From Hyphochytrium catenoides (lineage: Eukaryota > Protista > Hyphochytriomycota), in the NCBI GenBank assembly GCA_900088475.1, contig FLMG01003967.1, positions 1-34,619 of the forward strand: a stretch of 34,619 nucleotides of DNA. Reading direction: 5' to 3'. A program made the position numbers and the translations under genes. Positions 11,801-20,950 of the stretch are shown piece by piece. The notes beneath the pieces are model-generated. The model was not told the DNA's origin. It worked only from the letters and a program-made list of their open reading frames with translations, and did not search any database. The first letter of the stretch is position 1. Each line of letters opens with the position of its first letter.

Positions 11801-12048
11801 TCCATTCCTGCTACTGGTCCGGCAGCAGAGACAGAGGGAAGGCTGTTTCCCTGCAAGATCTCTCTAACAGCGGCTTCATTGTTCAGTCCTTGAGCTAGGA
11901 TAGACGCGAGGTCTACATTCTGAGAGACAGAAAAACGAAGAGAGAACAGAAAGATAAGGAGAAGAAGAACAAGAGAAGAGAAGCTGACTCTGTTACTTCT
12001 CGACTTTCCCATAAAGAGGGAGGTAACTTCCGTCTGAACCTTCATCAT
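8857..12048 (-). CDS. CPA2-family (Kef/NapA-like) cation/H+ antiporter with N-terminal signal peptide, low-complexity ectodomain and RCK/TrkA-N-like C-terminal domain (1063 aa, intronless)
   Basis: Na_H_Exchanger motifs LPIITGYLLIGVMAGP, ALSFIAFQAGQEL, ISPATALAIQIEL..GPFT...ISD, FLPFFTMTGAAMKL, TPQAGVTLGLA and QLFGPV. Then a Rossmann-like RAAVIGASELA...DAVIFLLDD...RLLATVK...LHRMGVMVIRP segment. Confidence 0.9.
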   Translation of the reverse strand: MMKVQTEVTSLFMGKSRSNRVSFSSLVLLLLIFLFSLRFSVSQNVDLASILAQGLNNEAAVREILQGNSLPSVSAAGPVAGMDSRSMGMQGDTSGGMMPAAPAGAESMGTAVKGTQSTTTTTGAQGVTATGGQGRPQAPVVQPKMIPAAVSPSPAQSHQTRAGGATGTVNGGGAQIADQTTQQQALSTGGNGAPGVIDAEELAEEGKEKAEGKEGEMPKLSLFRTIMGSIGFAIVCVAAFPLAMLFPALLRLPIITGYLLIGVMAGPFLTNLLQKETVMGLAAFVNNVALSFIAFQAGQELYWPDLKPHIRNIGITLGVQYVTILSIMTGILSVAAGAFFYGALGGSCSISVALLFASIGVAISPATALAIQIELKSAGPFTNLMIGMVMISDFLVLVTFSVARIVASLSCTEKAANPTAILVTFAIVLSNLLIGALFSFFIVGLFSLHHPSPKEGGNALLSLLYSLPVKGVVWMVAGFGWFTFTEFFAEFSKEKFGEEWEIKFEKLLVLMIASCIAGHKSEHIRHDMHVILDTAAPYVFLPFFTMTGAAMKLDQVAKALPLSLTYVAVRWFALIAGTFIALKFILKKGKEFYTNLWMCFTPQAGVTLGLANEVQMLAPDTWGPLFAATIVGAVVIAQLFGPVLCSLGVKRSGEAGKMLESDGDDHHGKKTLDGEGGGEDGEGGAANPQKAGLPLKIERAAVIGASELAFSLSLHLCSTGAKVRIPALGNSAVRENLHRFLDKEGEEGREAAKNIELVDEVLSLSPTSLSAIEGNTDAVIFLLDDPERTKEYCQLIQRAFPDKKPRLLATVKAKEREAEKAMELHRMGVMVIRPNLTVARFASNLAEAPQSLACDISLEACGKEGERDLERGGENVFLLEEELRFMGGRRQRKLVGRGSIGRNMMNMHGVDSARASRYVAQVFGNRRDEEEEEFLYPPPPNSISLLPVGQSLYYRPSGMYGRQQGRGRAESRTSYVAFGVNGGRAENYRAYLSPRESAYYPGGGDNRGAPAPYGRGSIAFNAMSRGGERGGRGMPQPMGRISKLVAEAYGKTGRGPPPPPPAL

Positions 12049-12697
12049 CCTCGGCCACGCCTAACCGATGTTGCGATGTGCTCGCCTCCTCTCTCAGGGG
12101 CATGGAAAGACTGAAGATCGAGAGCAAAAAGAGGAATCGAGAGAGAAGAAGCGGAAAAGCCAGACTTTCTCTCTTTGGATGGCGCCACACAGAAAAGGGG
12201 AATGTACTGGAGTTTTAGCTAGGTGATCCAGTCAATTGCAGTAGGTCTAGAAGGTGGCGACGCTGTGTAAGAGGGAGAGATCGAAAGAACGAGAGGGAGA
12301 GAGTAGATGGTTGCGCGAAGGAGAGAGAGCAAAGTGATGGCGTATCAGTAGCAATGGAAGTTGCATACTGAGAAGCAGTGGTAAGATGTAAGGGAAGAGT
12401 AGAGAGCTGCCAGCGCTCTCCACCAGACCCGGCGTCTACCGTCTCTTCTTCTGCTGGCGACCTGCGCCTTCTCTACTTTACCGCCTCCAACGATTATATT
12501 TCCTCCCTCTTTCTTTCTCCCTTCCTGTATCTGCTGCAGGGGTATCGTGAGTGACCATGATAAGGTCAGCGGTGACTTCTCCGGCTCTCCATCGCCGCGG
12601 GAATCAGCTAGCAAAGTGCTGGAGAGGACTGGACAGAGCCAAGTGGAGATTAATTGGCGCACGAGAAGGGAATGAAAAGGAGGGGAATAGAACGTGA

Positions 12698-12702
12698 AGA
12701 GA

Positions 12703-12746
<44 letters not shown>

Positions 12747-12970
12747 AAGAAGAGAGAGAGAAAGAAAATAGAGAGCGTACTGAAAGTGTGAGGATGCAGC
12801 TCAACCTCTCGGCCCTAAGATACTAGAGGAGCAAGGATCTTCACTGATCTATAACCTATGGATGGCAGGGGATGATGAAAGGAGCAAATTTAGGGGGATA
12901 GACAGAGAGAGGGGAACGAGAGAGAGGAGAGAGACACAAAGAGAGAGAGAGAGAAAGAGAGAGAGAGAAG
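12698..12970 (+). repeat. GA-rich microsatellites, including tandem GAGAGAGAGAAA 12-mers (12698-12770) and a second tract at ~12900-12970
   Basis: Seen directly. Confidence 0.85.
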
Positions 12971-13446
12971 GGAGAATAGCACCCAGAAGGGTCAACGAAC
13001 GGGGAAAATTGCTGAGCAAGTGCAAATTGATAGGTTAATAGGGCCTGCGTTCGACAGAGGATGGACATGAGACAGTAAAACGAAGAAAGTCTAACAGAGG
13101 AGTGGTCCGCTCTTTCTTCTTTCCTCAGCCTGTGCTCTGTGGCTCCTCTGTCCATGTTCTCCTCCCTCCTACTACCTAGCCAAGCGTCGTGTAAACAACT
13201 TGCTGCTGTACAAAGGCGAGAGACTAGTCAGGGACCACGGAAAAAGTAACCGGTCTTTTATGGTGCATCTCTACTTCGACTGCTCTTTTAAACGAGCTCT
13301 AAGCTGGGCAGCGGAAGCTTTCAACACGACGCAAAGGAGGAAGAGATAGGACAAGGAGAGCTCCAACATAAGCTTTTTATAAAGAAGTATGCGATGAAAG
13401 AAATTGAAGAGAGAGAAGAAGAGAGAGAGAGAGACAGAAGACACGC

Positions 13447-13520
13447 ACAACGGAAGAGGAAAGGAGAACAGTCGTACGTTTGACAACGGAAGGGGAAAGG
13501 AGAACAGTCGTACGTTTGAC
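13447..13520 (+). repeat. Tandem duplication of a 36-bp unit (ACAACGGAAGRGGAAAGGAGAACAGTCGTACGTTTG) x2
   Basis: Units 13447-13482 and 13483-13518 differ at one position. Confidence 0.92.
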
Positions 13521-16500
13521 CAGCCCGGCCCAGAATCAATTAAGGGCCAGCTTCTAAAGGCACGAAGAGGCAAGTGGAAAGCACGCCACGTGACATTTTT
13601 ACCTCGCTTCATCTCTCTCTCTCTCTCTCTCTCCCGTCCATAGCTTCCCTAGCTGCTTCTCTTCCTCAAGAGTAGCAAACGTTAGCGCTCTCACGCCGCA
13701 AGACAACAAGGAAGAAGAAGAGCATTATTGGACAGAGGATCGCATTTGTGCCCGCAGCAGTTCTGCGGCGTGACCAGCAAGTGTGGTGCTGACTGACGCC
13801 GCTGGGCCATGGCCAATGTCAGGCCGCCGCCGCCGCCCATCAATCCATCAGCCGCCACCTTGGCACTCTCCATTGTTTGGTATCTCGTCTCTCCTTCACT
13901 ATCTCTCTCTCTCTCTTTTTCGTGATCTGTGTTGTCTTACCCTAGACTTTCTCTATCTAGAGTTCACTCACTATCTGTCTCTCTACACTCTGTATCGATG
14001 CTGGAATTACCTTCAAGGTCGCTTCATCCTAGGATAGACGTATTACGTTGCAGTCTTAATTAAACACCGATAATCGCTATACTCTTTCCTCTTTCTCAAT
14101 ACTAGGTAAAGCAAACTAAAAGTAAAGAGTGATGTTGAAGTTCATATAATGTCGCGTTAGGGAGCGGTATGATAGCGGGGCTGCCCCCGCAGCACGGCAC
14201 TCCCTCCACTTCTTGTGTCGCCTCGAAGGTAAGAAAGGACGCCACCGCCCCGGCGCCACAGCAGCAGCAGCAGCAAGTTCCCCAGCACCTCCTGAGCTCA
14301 CCAGCAGCAGCAGAAGAAGAGTCATCATCCTCAGTACTTTAAGGCTGTCTTGGTACTACTGAACATAGAAGAAAGAAAGAGAGAGAAGAAGAAGAAGTGG
14401 CACAGGCCACGGACCTCCTCAGCTCTAGTAGCACACACTTTGTCGACCACCAGCTTTTATTGGCGACGAGGAGGAGGAGGAGGAGGACAATGCGATAGTT
14501 CCTTTGAGAGGACGGAAGAGGAAGAAATCGTCGTGGCCAACAAAATGCAGAGTTGCAAGGCAAAGAATGAGGAGATAGAGGAGCGCAGAGGTAGAAGTGA
14601 CGGACAGCTAATAAAGGCAGAGTGGAGTGAAGAGGTGGGACTGTTGAGACCCTTCAACGCAAGAGAAGAAGGTCGACAATAGAACTGCTACAGTGTAAAT
14701 GACCGCGGTCTTTCTGTCTGTTGCTGCGCTTACATCGTGCACCTCTATCTTGCTGCCACGACAACTCTTGTCCTCCTACTTTGTCACCTGAAAGACGACA
14801 GCGGCGTAGGGCTAGCCCCTCATCAACAATAGCTCCTACCTGAAAGAAGTATCCTCTCTTCTTGACTTTCCTAATCCAGCATTAGCATGAGTCTGTCTTC
14901 ACGCTGGCTCAATCAGCATAGCCGTTCCTCTCGTTCTCTCGGGACCAATAGAAGCTCGCCTGGAGAGCTAAAGTAACTAAGCGGTGGACATTGTTGAAGA
15001 ATTGTTATTAGAAGAAGGGGCAAACTCTATATGATATCTCTTCTTCTGCCGTTCTGCTATTAGGAAAGGCCCTGCAGGTCATGAATGCAGTCCTACCGCC
15101 CCCGGAATCCTTTCTCCTTGGTTGCTATAAGATAGCTGCTGCCCCTAACAAATCGCAATCGACCTTCTGAGAAAAGCTCTCCCTCAACTTCTCTGGAACT
15201 ACTAGCTGACGAAAGCCGATCCTCTTCCTGCTGGACAGGAGGAGGAGGATGTACAGTGTGGCGCGAAGGAAGAGGTTCATCTCAGTCCGGCAATGAAGAA
15301 AGAGAAGAGCCTTGTCGCAACGTTCTTACAGAGGAGCTAAGAAGGATAGTAGAAACCGACCAAGCGATAGAAAGCCTTCTTCTCAGGAGCTATTATCGAT
15401 GTGATGTTATTATCCTCCTCGCTCTCTCGTTCCACTCTCTGCTCGGGTTCTTGTTGTTCTTGGTGGCTGGGGTATGGCCGACAGAGCGTTGATTGAGCCC
15501 TCCTTAACCAGGTTACTTTGGACTTTAGTGGTAGAAGAGAGAACTGGTGAACAACCCTTCTTCTTCTTGTCGTTGGTTCCATGATGGAGCTCCCAGTTTT
15601 TCTGCGGCAACAAAAGTGATGAGGAGGTACAATTGATGCGGTGTGCCGCGGAGGCAGAAGACGACGCTGCTCCAGCCTGCTAATTCTCCTCTTGTTGTTG
15701 CTCATCACTGGCTACAGGTTACTCCCACTAACCAATCCTTCTTCTGGAACTATCTTCACAGTCGACGGTATACTACCGCTGCTGCCCAACTGGACAGAGG
15801 AGGTTGCATTGTCCGGCAATTATCAATGGATCGGTCAATTGTGTCCAATATCAGGAGGAAACGGTGAGCGGTGGGCACCAGGCTGCGAAGAGGAGAAAGA
15901 GAAACAAAGAGAACAGAAAAGTCGCAAGGATATACGAAAGGAGGAGAAATCTTCCATAGCTAGTGGTGAAGCTATGCACACGGGAAAGAAGGGCAGGAGG
16001 AAAGAGGATATTATTCATCAACCAGCAGAAGGAAAGATCGCTTTTCCTACTAGCGGCAATGCCATCAGAGATATCGGCAGGATTCCATCGCTTCGAGAGG
16101 CTAGTAGCCCAGGAGGTGGACACGATACTTCTGATCCTCCATGTTCGTTTCTCCTCTCTCACCCACGTTCTGCACTTATGTATCCTCTTGCTTGCATGGA
16201 TGGACGGAGGAAGCTGCCCTGTTATTTAGTCGATGACCAAGTACCATGACGATATCCTTCTTTTCTCTTCTTTTTGCCTTCCTTCTTTCTTCTCCTAGTG
16301 AGGAGGTGCTATCCAACCCCCGCAATGCACTAAAGACGATGAAGACAAGGAGAGCGAAAAGCGCCAATGAGGGCTCAACGATGTTGTTAGAGCGTGCCAA
16401 GTCGCAGAAAAGAATAGAGCAGGAAAGAGGCAGTCCGGAAGATGGGCAGCGGCGGCTCGGTCCACTTGTTACATGGCCACCGGCGGGCGGGACAGAGCAT

Positions 16501-18242
16501 GCCGAAGGCCGGAAAGAGCGAGAGGAGTGCCAAGATGGTGAGACTTTGAAATGAGCGAGGAAGAGACCCAAGCGTGTCTGATATCCGAAGCAGGAGGGCA
16601 TTTCTTTTGGGAATGGCCAAGGCGTTGTCGCCTTTCCTGTGACACACAGCGAAGGGAAGTCAGGAGCCATTAACGACAGCGTTAATGGCTGCAGTGTGAG
16701 GGCAACGACAGTACGTCGGCTCTTGGATGACGATGGAGTTCTATTATTGGTCTCAAGGAGGGCAAGAATAGTCAACGTACTCTGAAGTCCTCCAAGGGCA
16801 GAATAGCGGTAACAGCACATGATGAAAGCGATTGGTGTGCGGATACATCATTTGTTATCACTAAAATCTCCTCAGTCATCATCACAGTAGCATCGTGACC
16901 AAATAAAGGTAAGCAGAACCATCCAACAACGAATGCCGCTCCTCCCGGCGCCACCCGCCGCCGGCATTATTTAGCCAGCCAAGTAGGTAACAGTGAACTA
17001 TGGTCGCTTGCACCTCCTCACTCTGTAGCGCTTCTGCTGGTCGTCATCAGCGTCCACCCGTTTATCGGCACACTCGTTAATTGGATGAAGGAGAACAAGG
17101 TCTAGGCATTGTCTTGTATATCATGGGTAACGAAGGAGAAAAGATGACCAAAGTCGTCTCATCGAAGACTGGGACGATGGAGAGCAAACAGGAGGAGCGG
17201 GGAAGGTTGTTGACGGAAAGAGTGCATCGCGGTGAACTTCTAGAGATTATCCTCAAGAAAAGAAGGAGTGTCGTTGTTTGATACTGATGCTGCCGCGCAG
17301 CTGCGACAAGCAGTAGTCCCTGACTGTGTTCCTACTGCACGACGATCGGCCGCTTTCATGCTGCTGGAGGAATAGGAAAGAGTACCGGCAGCACTAATTA
17401 TTATTTTCCTGGCATCACATCCAATGAGGTTCCTGTGGCTGCCGGCACAATGAGTTTGATAGGACCACCTCGCCTCTTCAACTTATCAGCAAACTGATAA
17501 GAAGGGCAAGCAAGAACGTGTCACCACAGTATCTCCAGATCTTCTGCGCAGAAAAAGCATGGGCCAGTGCCAAGGCCAGCATGGGCCACTGCCAGCAGGG
17601 ATACTCGACCAGCACAAACCAACTGATGCTGCTATCTCAGCTATCGAGATATTAGCCTGTGCATGAAGTTGAGCGAATCATACATAAAGATAATAAGCAG
17701 ATCATACAATTTTATAAGAACGAAGTATGTTAGTAGCCAATTGCCGTCGCAAAGCATATGCGACACGTCTTCCCGCGGACTCTCCAGTGTCTAGTGGTAC
17801 AATCCACCAGGTATCACATCAAAGGAAGATAGACCCAGAGACAGAAGTTGAAGCCTGCAGAGGCCAAGAAGCCTCTTACGCCCTGAATCAACCGAGCCAA
17901 CAGAGCTCTTCGACCTCCAGTCCGGCTCTTCTTGCTGCCGTCATGAAGTTCACGATGACATGAGACGACCGAGTGATGCCTTGACCCACTCTCAAACTAT
18001 CGACTATGGAAACCACGAGTCCAACGTCGCCCTAGAGCCTCTGAGTCTGTGCTATTCTGTCAGATCAATAGCCAGAGAGCTGCCCTTGTCCGTTTGACCT
18101 GCGGCCCATCGACAGACAACAGAAAGATCTGAGTCCATCATCCAGCCTATGACCGTTCAGAATGAATACGTACGTAAGTTTGTATAAGCCCAGACTCGAG
18201 GCCTATATCGCTGATCCGCACAAAGAAGTTGAAGCAGTGTTA

Positions 18243-18306
18243 GAATGTCCTTTCGCGCGTTTTCCACAGGAGCTTCGGGGATGGCAGAGCTCGTTCTTCT
18301 GTCTGA
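18243..18306 (+). promoter_or_regulatory. Conserved upstream element of copy B containing the E2F-consensus octamer TTTCGCGC (18251-18258)
   Basis: Homologous to the reverse complement of 7783-7852, in the same orientation relative to its gene, about 440 bp upstream of ATG 18699. Confidence 0.5.
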
Positions 18307-18698
18307 CCCGCCAACCACCAGATCCGCAGCAGCGCCAGAGCCCTTGCTCCTCCCGGAAGACAGCATCTCTCTCACTCGTCGCCTCTCCACTGACTCTGCT
18401 GTCTTTTGCTGTCCCGCTGTGGTTTGTGTCTCTCTCAGTCTCTTTTCGGAAGGCGTCCTTTCTCTTCATTACCAGCTGTTTAGCTGTCTTTTGCTGCCGT
18501 GTCACTGCATTGCTAGACTTTCCGGCCTCGTTTTCCTACGGAAATAGTGGGAACATCTCAAGTCTCTGACGTCTCATAAGCTCTGTCAAGTGAGTTTGGG
18601 GTTGCTTCTCATCCTCCATCTTTAACTCTGCCTAGTTAGGCGAAGGACCTAACCCGTGCGACACAAGAGGCACGATACTAGCGAGAGGAGCGACAGTT

Positions 18699-20240
18699 AT
18701 GCGTTCAGGCAGTCTCTTTCTGCTCGTTCTCTGCGTGGGTCTCCTTCCTGTCACCAACTCTAGAGGAGGGGAAAGGCAGCAGTCCTTCTCTCGTTCGAGC
18801 AGGAAAAAGAAAGGGGGAGCTAATAGGACTGATCACCATCGTCTCTCGCGACCACCTCTCCAGGTGGTTGGCTGCACTACTTGTCCTGCCGGCTCACCTT
18901 GCTTTAACTCTGGGAACTCACAGTGCTATCCACTTCTTCAAGCTTGGGGCGCCTCATCCTCTGACAGCTATCAATCCTGCCCTGCAGGGAGTGCTCCTTG
19001 CGCTCCTTTGCAGCTCTCTTACCGCCAGCAATGCACACGTTGCACTGGAGAGAGCTCTGGCGACTGTGTAAACACTTTGAACGGAGCCTGTTTCTCTTCT
19101 GTCTCTCCCAATTGGTCATGCCCATTTGGGACAGCCCCATGTCAGAGGGGAATGGCCTCATCCTCCCCTATCGTTCCTACTGTGGCCTGTGAAGGGCTCT
19201 GTACCCCTGCAAGAGCGTGCTTGCACTCACTAGCTAGAGAATGTTACAATGCTGAAAAGGACGGAAGGTGTCCCAATGGAACCAGGCCGTGTGGCGCTGA
19301 ACCCGGTTCCCTTTCCCAACTCCTTCCACCATCATCTCCTTCGCCGTGCAGCAGCTGCGCCACCGGTTCGCCCGGCTCAGCCTGTATAAACACTCAAGAC
19401 TCTACGTGCTATGACCTAATTGGCGGCCGCTGCCCGACGGGCACTGCTCAATGTCTCTTAGGTTCAAGTATGCTTGACCCAACTGTACCATCTCCAACTC
19501 CACTATTTAACGGAGATGGGTCTTCTTCGGCAACACCATCCTCCTTTAGCTCAACTTTCTCTCCGCGTTCACCTCTGTCGCCTCCTGTTTCTGACGCCAC
19601 TGGGACCATTCCCTCAGGCGCCCCGCATCTGCCTGGACCGTCTGGTACCTCTCCTCTCACGCCTTCAGACAACCAGAGGACAAAAGCTCTGAGTGGTGAT
19701 GATCCTTTGACTTGCACGAGCTGTAGCTCAGCCCTACCTTGCGCCATTCTCTCACCATCCTCGGCTGAAGAAGTATGTGTAGCTGCCCTTACAGCCCAGG
19801 ACTTCTCCACGACCATCACCAAGAGAAACTCGTCTCTCCTTCTTTTCTGTCCCACGGCTTCTGCCTGCTGCTCTACCTTCTCCACTCTCTGTTCCTATGC
19901 TACTCGGTACTGCTACGCTCGGAACCACAGCGACGATGACTGGTGCAATGATGTGTGCAATAGAAGGGGATCTGTTAACTGCCCATCGTTCTGTGTTTGC
20001 AGTGAGACGGACAGGGAAGAAGATACCTCTGCTCCTTCTCAGCCTGAAGATGGCAAAAGCTCTCCTTCCCTGCCGTCAGCAGTGAAAGTTATGCTCATCG
20101 TCTTTGCGTCCCTTGCAGGCGCGGCACTCTTCGGCAGTATCGTCATGCTAATTATCGTCAGGTGTCGGAAGAGGCAGAGGCAGATTGAGGAGGTTCTACA
20201 TTTTGAAGATGAAAGAGAAGACCACTACACAGCTCTCTGA
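18699..20240 (+). CDS. Cys-rich modular type I membrane protein, copy B (513 aa, intronless)
   Basis: Signal peptide MRSGSLFLLVLCVGLLPVTNS, the same module order as copy A, TM VKVMLIVFASLAGAALFGSIVMLIIV and tail RCRKRQRQIEEVLHFEDEREDHYTAL. Confidence 0.9.
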   Translation: MRSGSLFLLVLCVGLLPVTNSRGGERQQSFSRSSRKKKGGANRTDHHRLSRPPLQVVGCTTCPAGSPCFNSGNSQCYPLLQAWGASSSDSYQSCPAGSAPCAPLQLSYRQQCTRCTGESSGDCVNTLNGACFSSVSPNWSCPFGTAPCQRGMASSSPIVPTVACEGLCTPARACLHSLARECYNAEKDGRCPNGTRPCGAEPGSLSQLLPPSSPSPCSSCATGSPGSACINTQDSTCYDLIGGRCPTGTAQCLLGSSMLDPTVPSPTPLFNGDGSSSATPSSFSSTFSPRSPLSPPVSDATGTIPSGAPHLPGPSGTSPLTPSDNQRTKALSGDDPLTCTSCSSALPCAILSPSSAEEVCVAALTAQDFSTTITKRNSSLLLFCPTASACCSTFSTLCSYATRYCYARNHSDDDWCNDVCNRRGSVNCPSFCVCSETDREEDTSAPSQPEDGKSSPSLPSAVKVMLIVFASLAGAALFGSIVMLIIVRCRKRQRQIEEVLHFEDEREDHYTAL

Positions 20241-20897
20241 GTAATATTCGAACTAAAGGGATAGAAGCCGTACTTGCACACCCGTACAAGTCGATCCTTC
20301 CATAGCAGCGCTCCCGCTAGGTATAGAGAAAAGAGTTAGATGACGACTAGTGTACTTTCCAGTGTGTCTGCTTTAGATATACTATTTATTCAAAAATCCT
20401 GCAGTTCCTGCGGCAGGAAGTGTGATTGGTAGGGCTCATCACCTTCCTCTATATACATCAGAAAAAGCCAAGCTCCCTTAATCCCCTCAGAAAGTTGGTC
20501 AAACTTTGATCCTCGCGAGGTATCGACCACGTTCCCAAGTCAAACCTCGGTGATAGGACTTGTAGCAGGAGCTGCGGCTGAAAAAGATTGTGTCCACCTG
20601 ACGTCTTGTTCTTTACTCTCACGCAGTGGCTGAAAGAAGATTAACAAGGATGCAGCGAAGGAACGACATAGCCCTTTACGGATGGGGACAAGGCATAAAC
20701 GGAGAAACATGAGCAAGAAATGCTTTGCAGAGCTCGACAAGCTATGCGCCCGGCATCAGACTGTAGTACACTGTCGTCACAAACTTCTGCCTATACCTGT
20801 GACAAAGAGCAGTTACAGAAGGGAAACAATACGCTTAGTCGGCGGAAGTCAAGCTGTATAACTCTCAAAGCGAGAAGGTTTCGGAAAAGTGCAGAAG

Positions 20898-20950
20898 NNN
20901 NNNNNNNNNNNNNNNNNNNNNNNNNNNNNNNNNNNNNNNNNNNNNNNNNN
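20898..20950. other. Assembly gap (N run)
   Basis: 53 N characters. Confidence 1.

Noticed and set aside
9325-11893. Multiple plus-strand ORFs
   Set aside because: Antisense shadows of the antiporter CDS.
13447-13520. 36-bp repeat as a possible CRISPR repeat
   Set aside because: Only two directly adjacent copies, no spacers, no cas genes, and a eukaryotic context.
16730-16954. ILALLETN and GGAAFVV as LINE APE endonuclease motifs
   Set aside because: They occur in the wrong order and different frames, and no RT motifs were found nearby.
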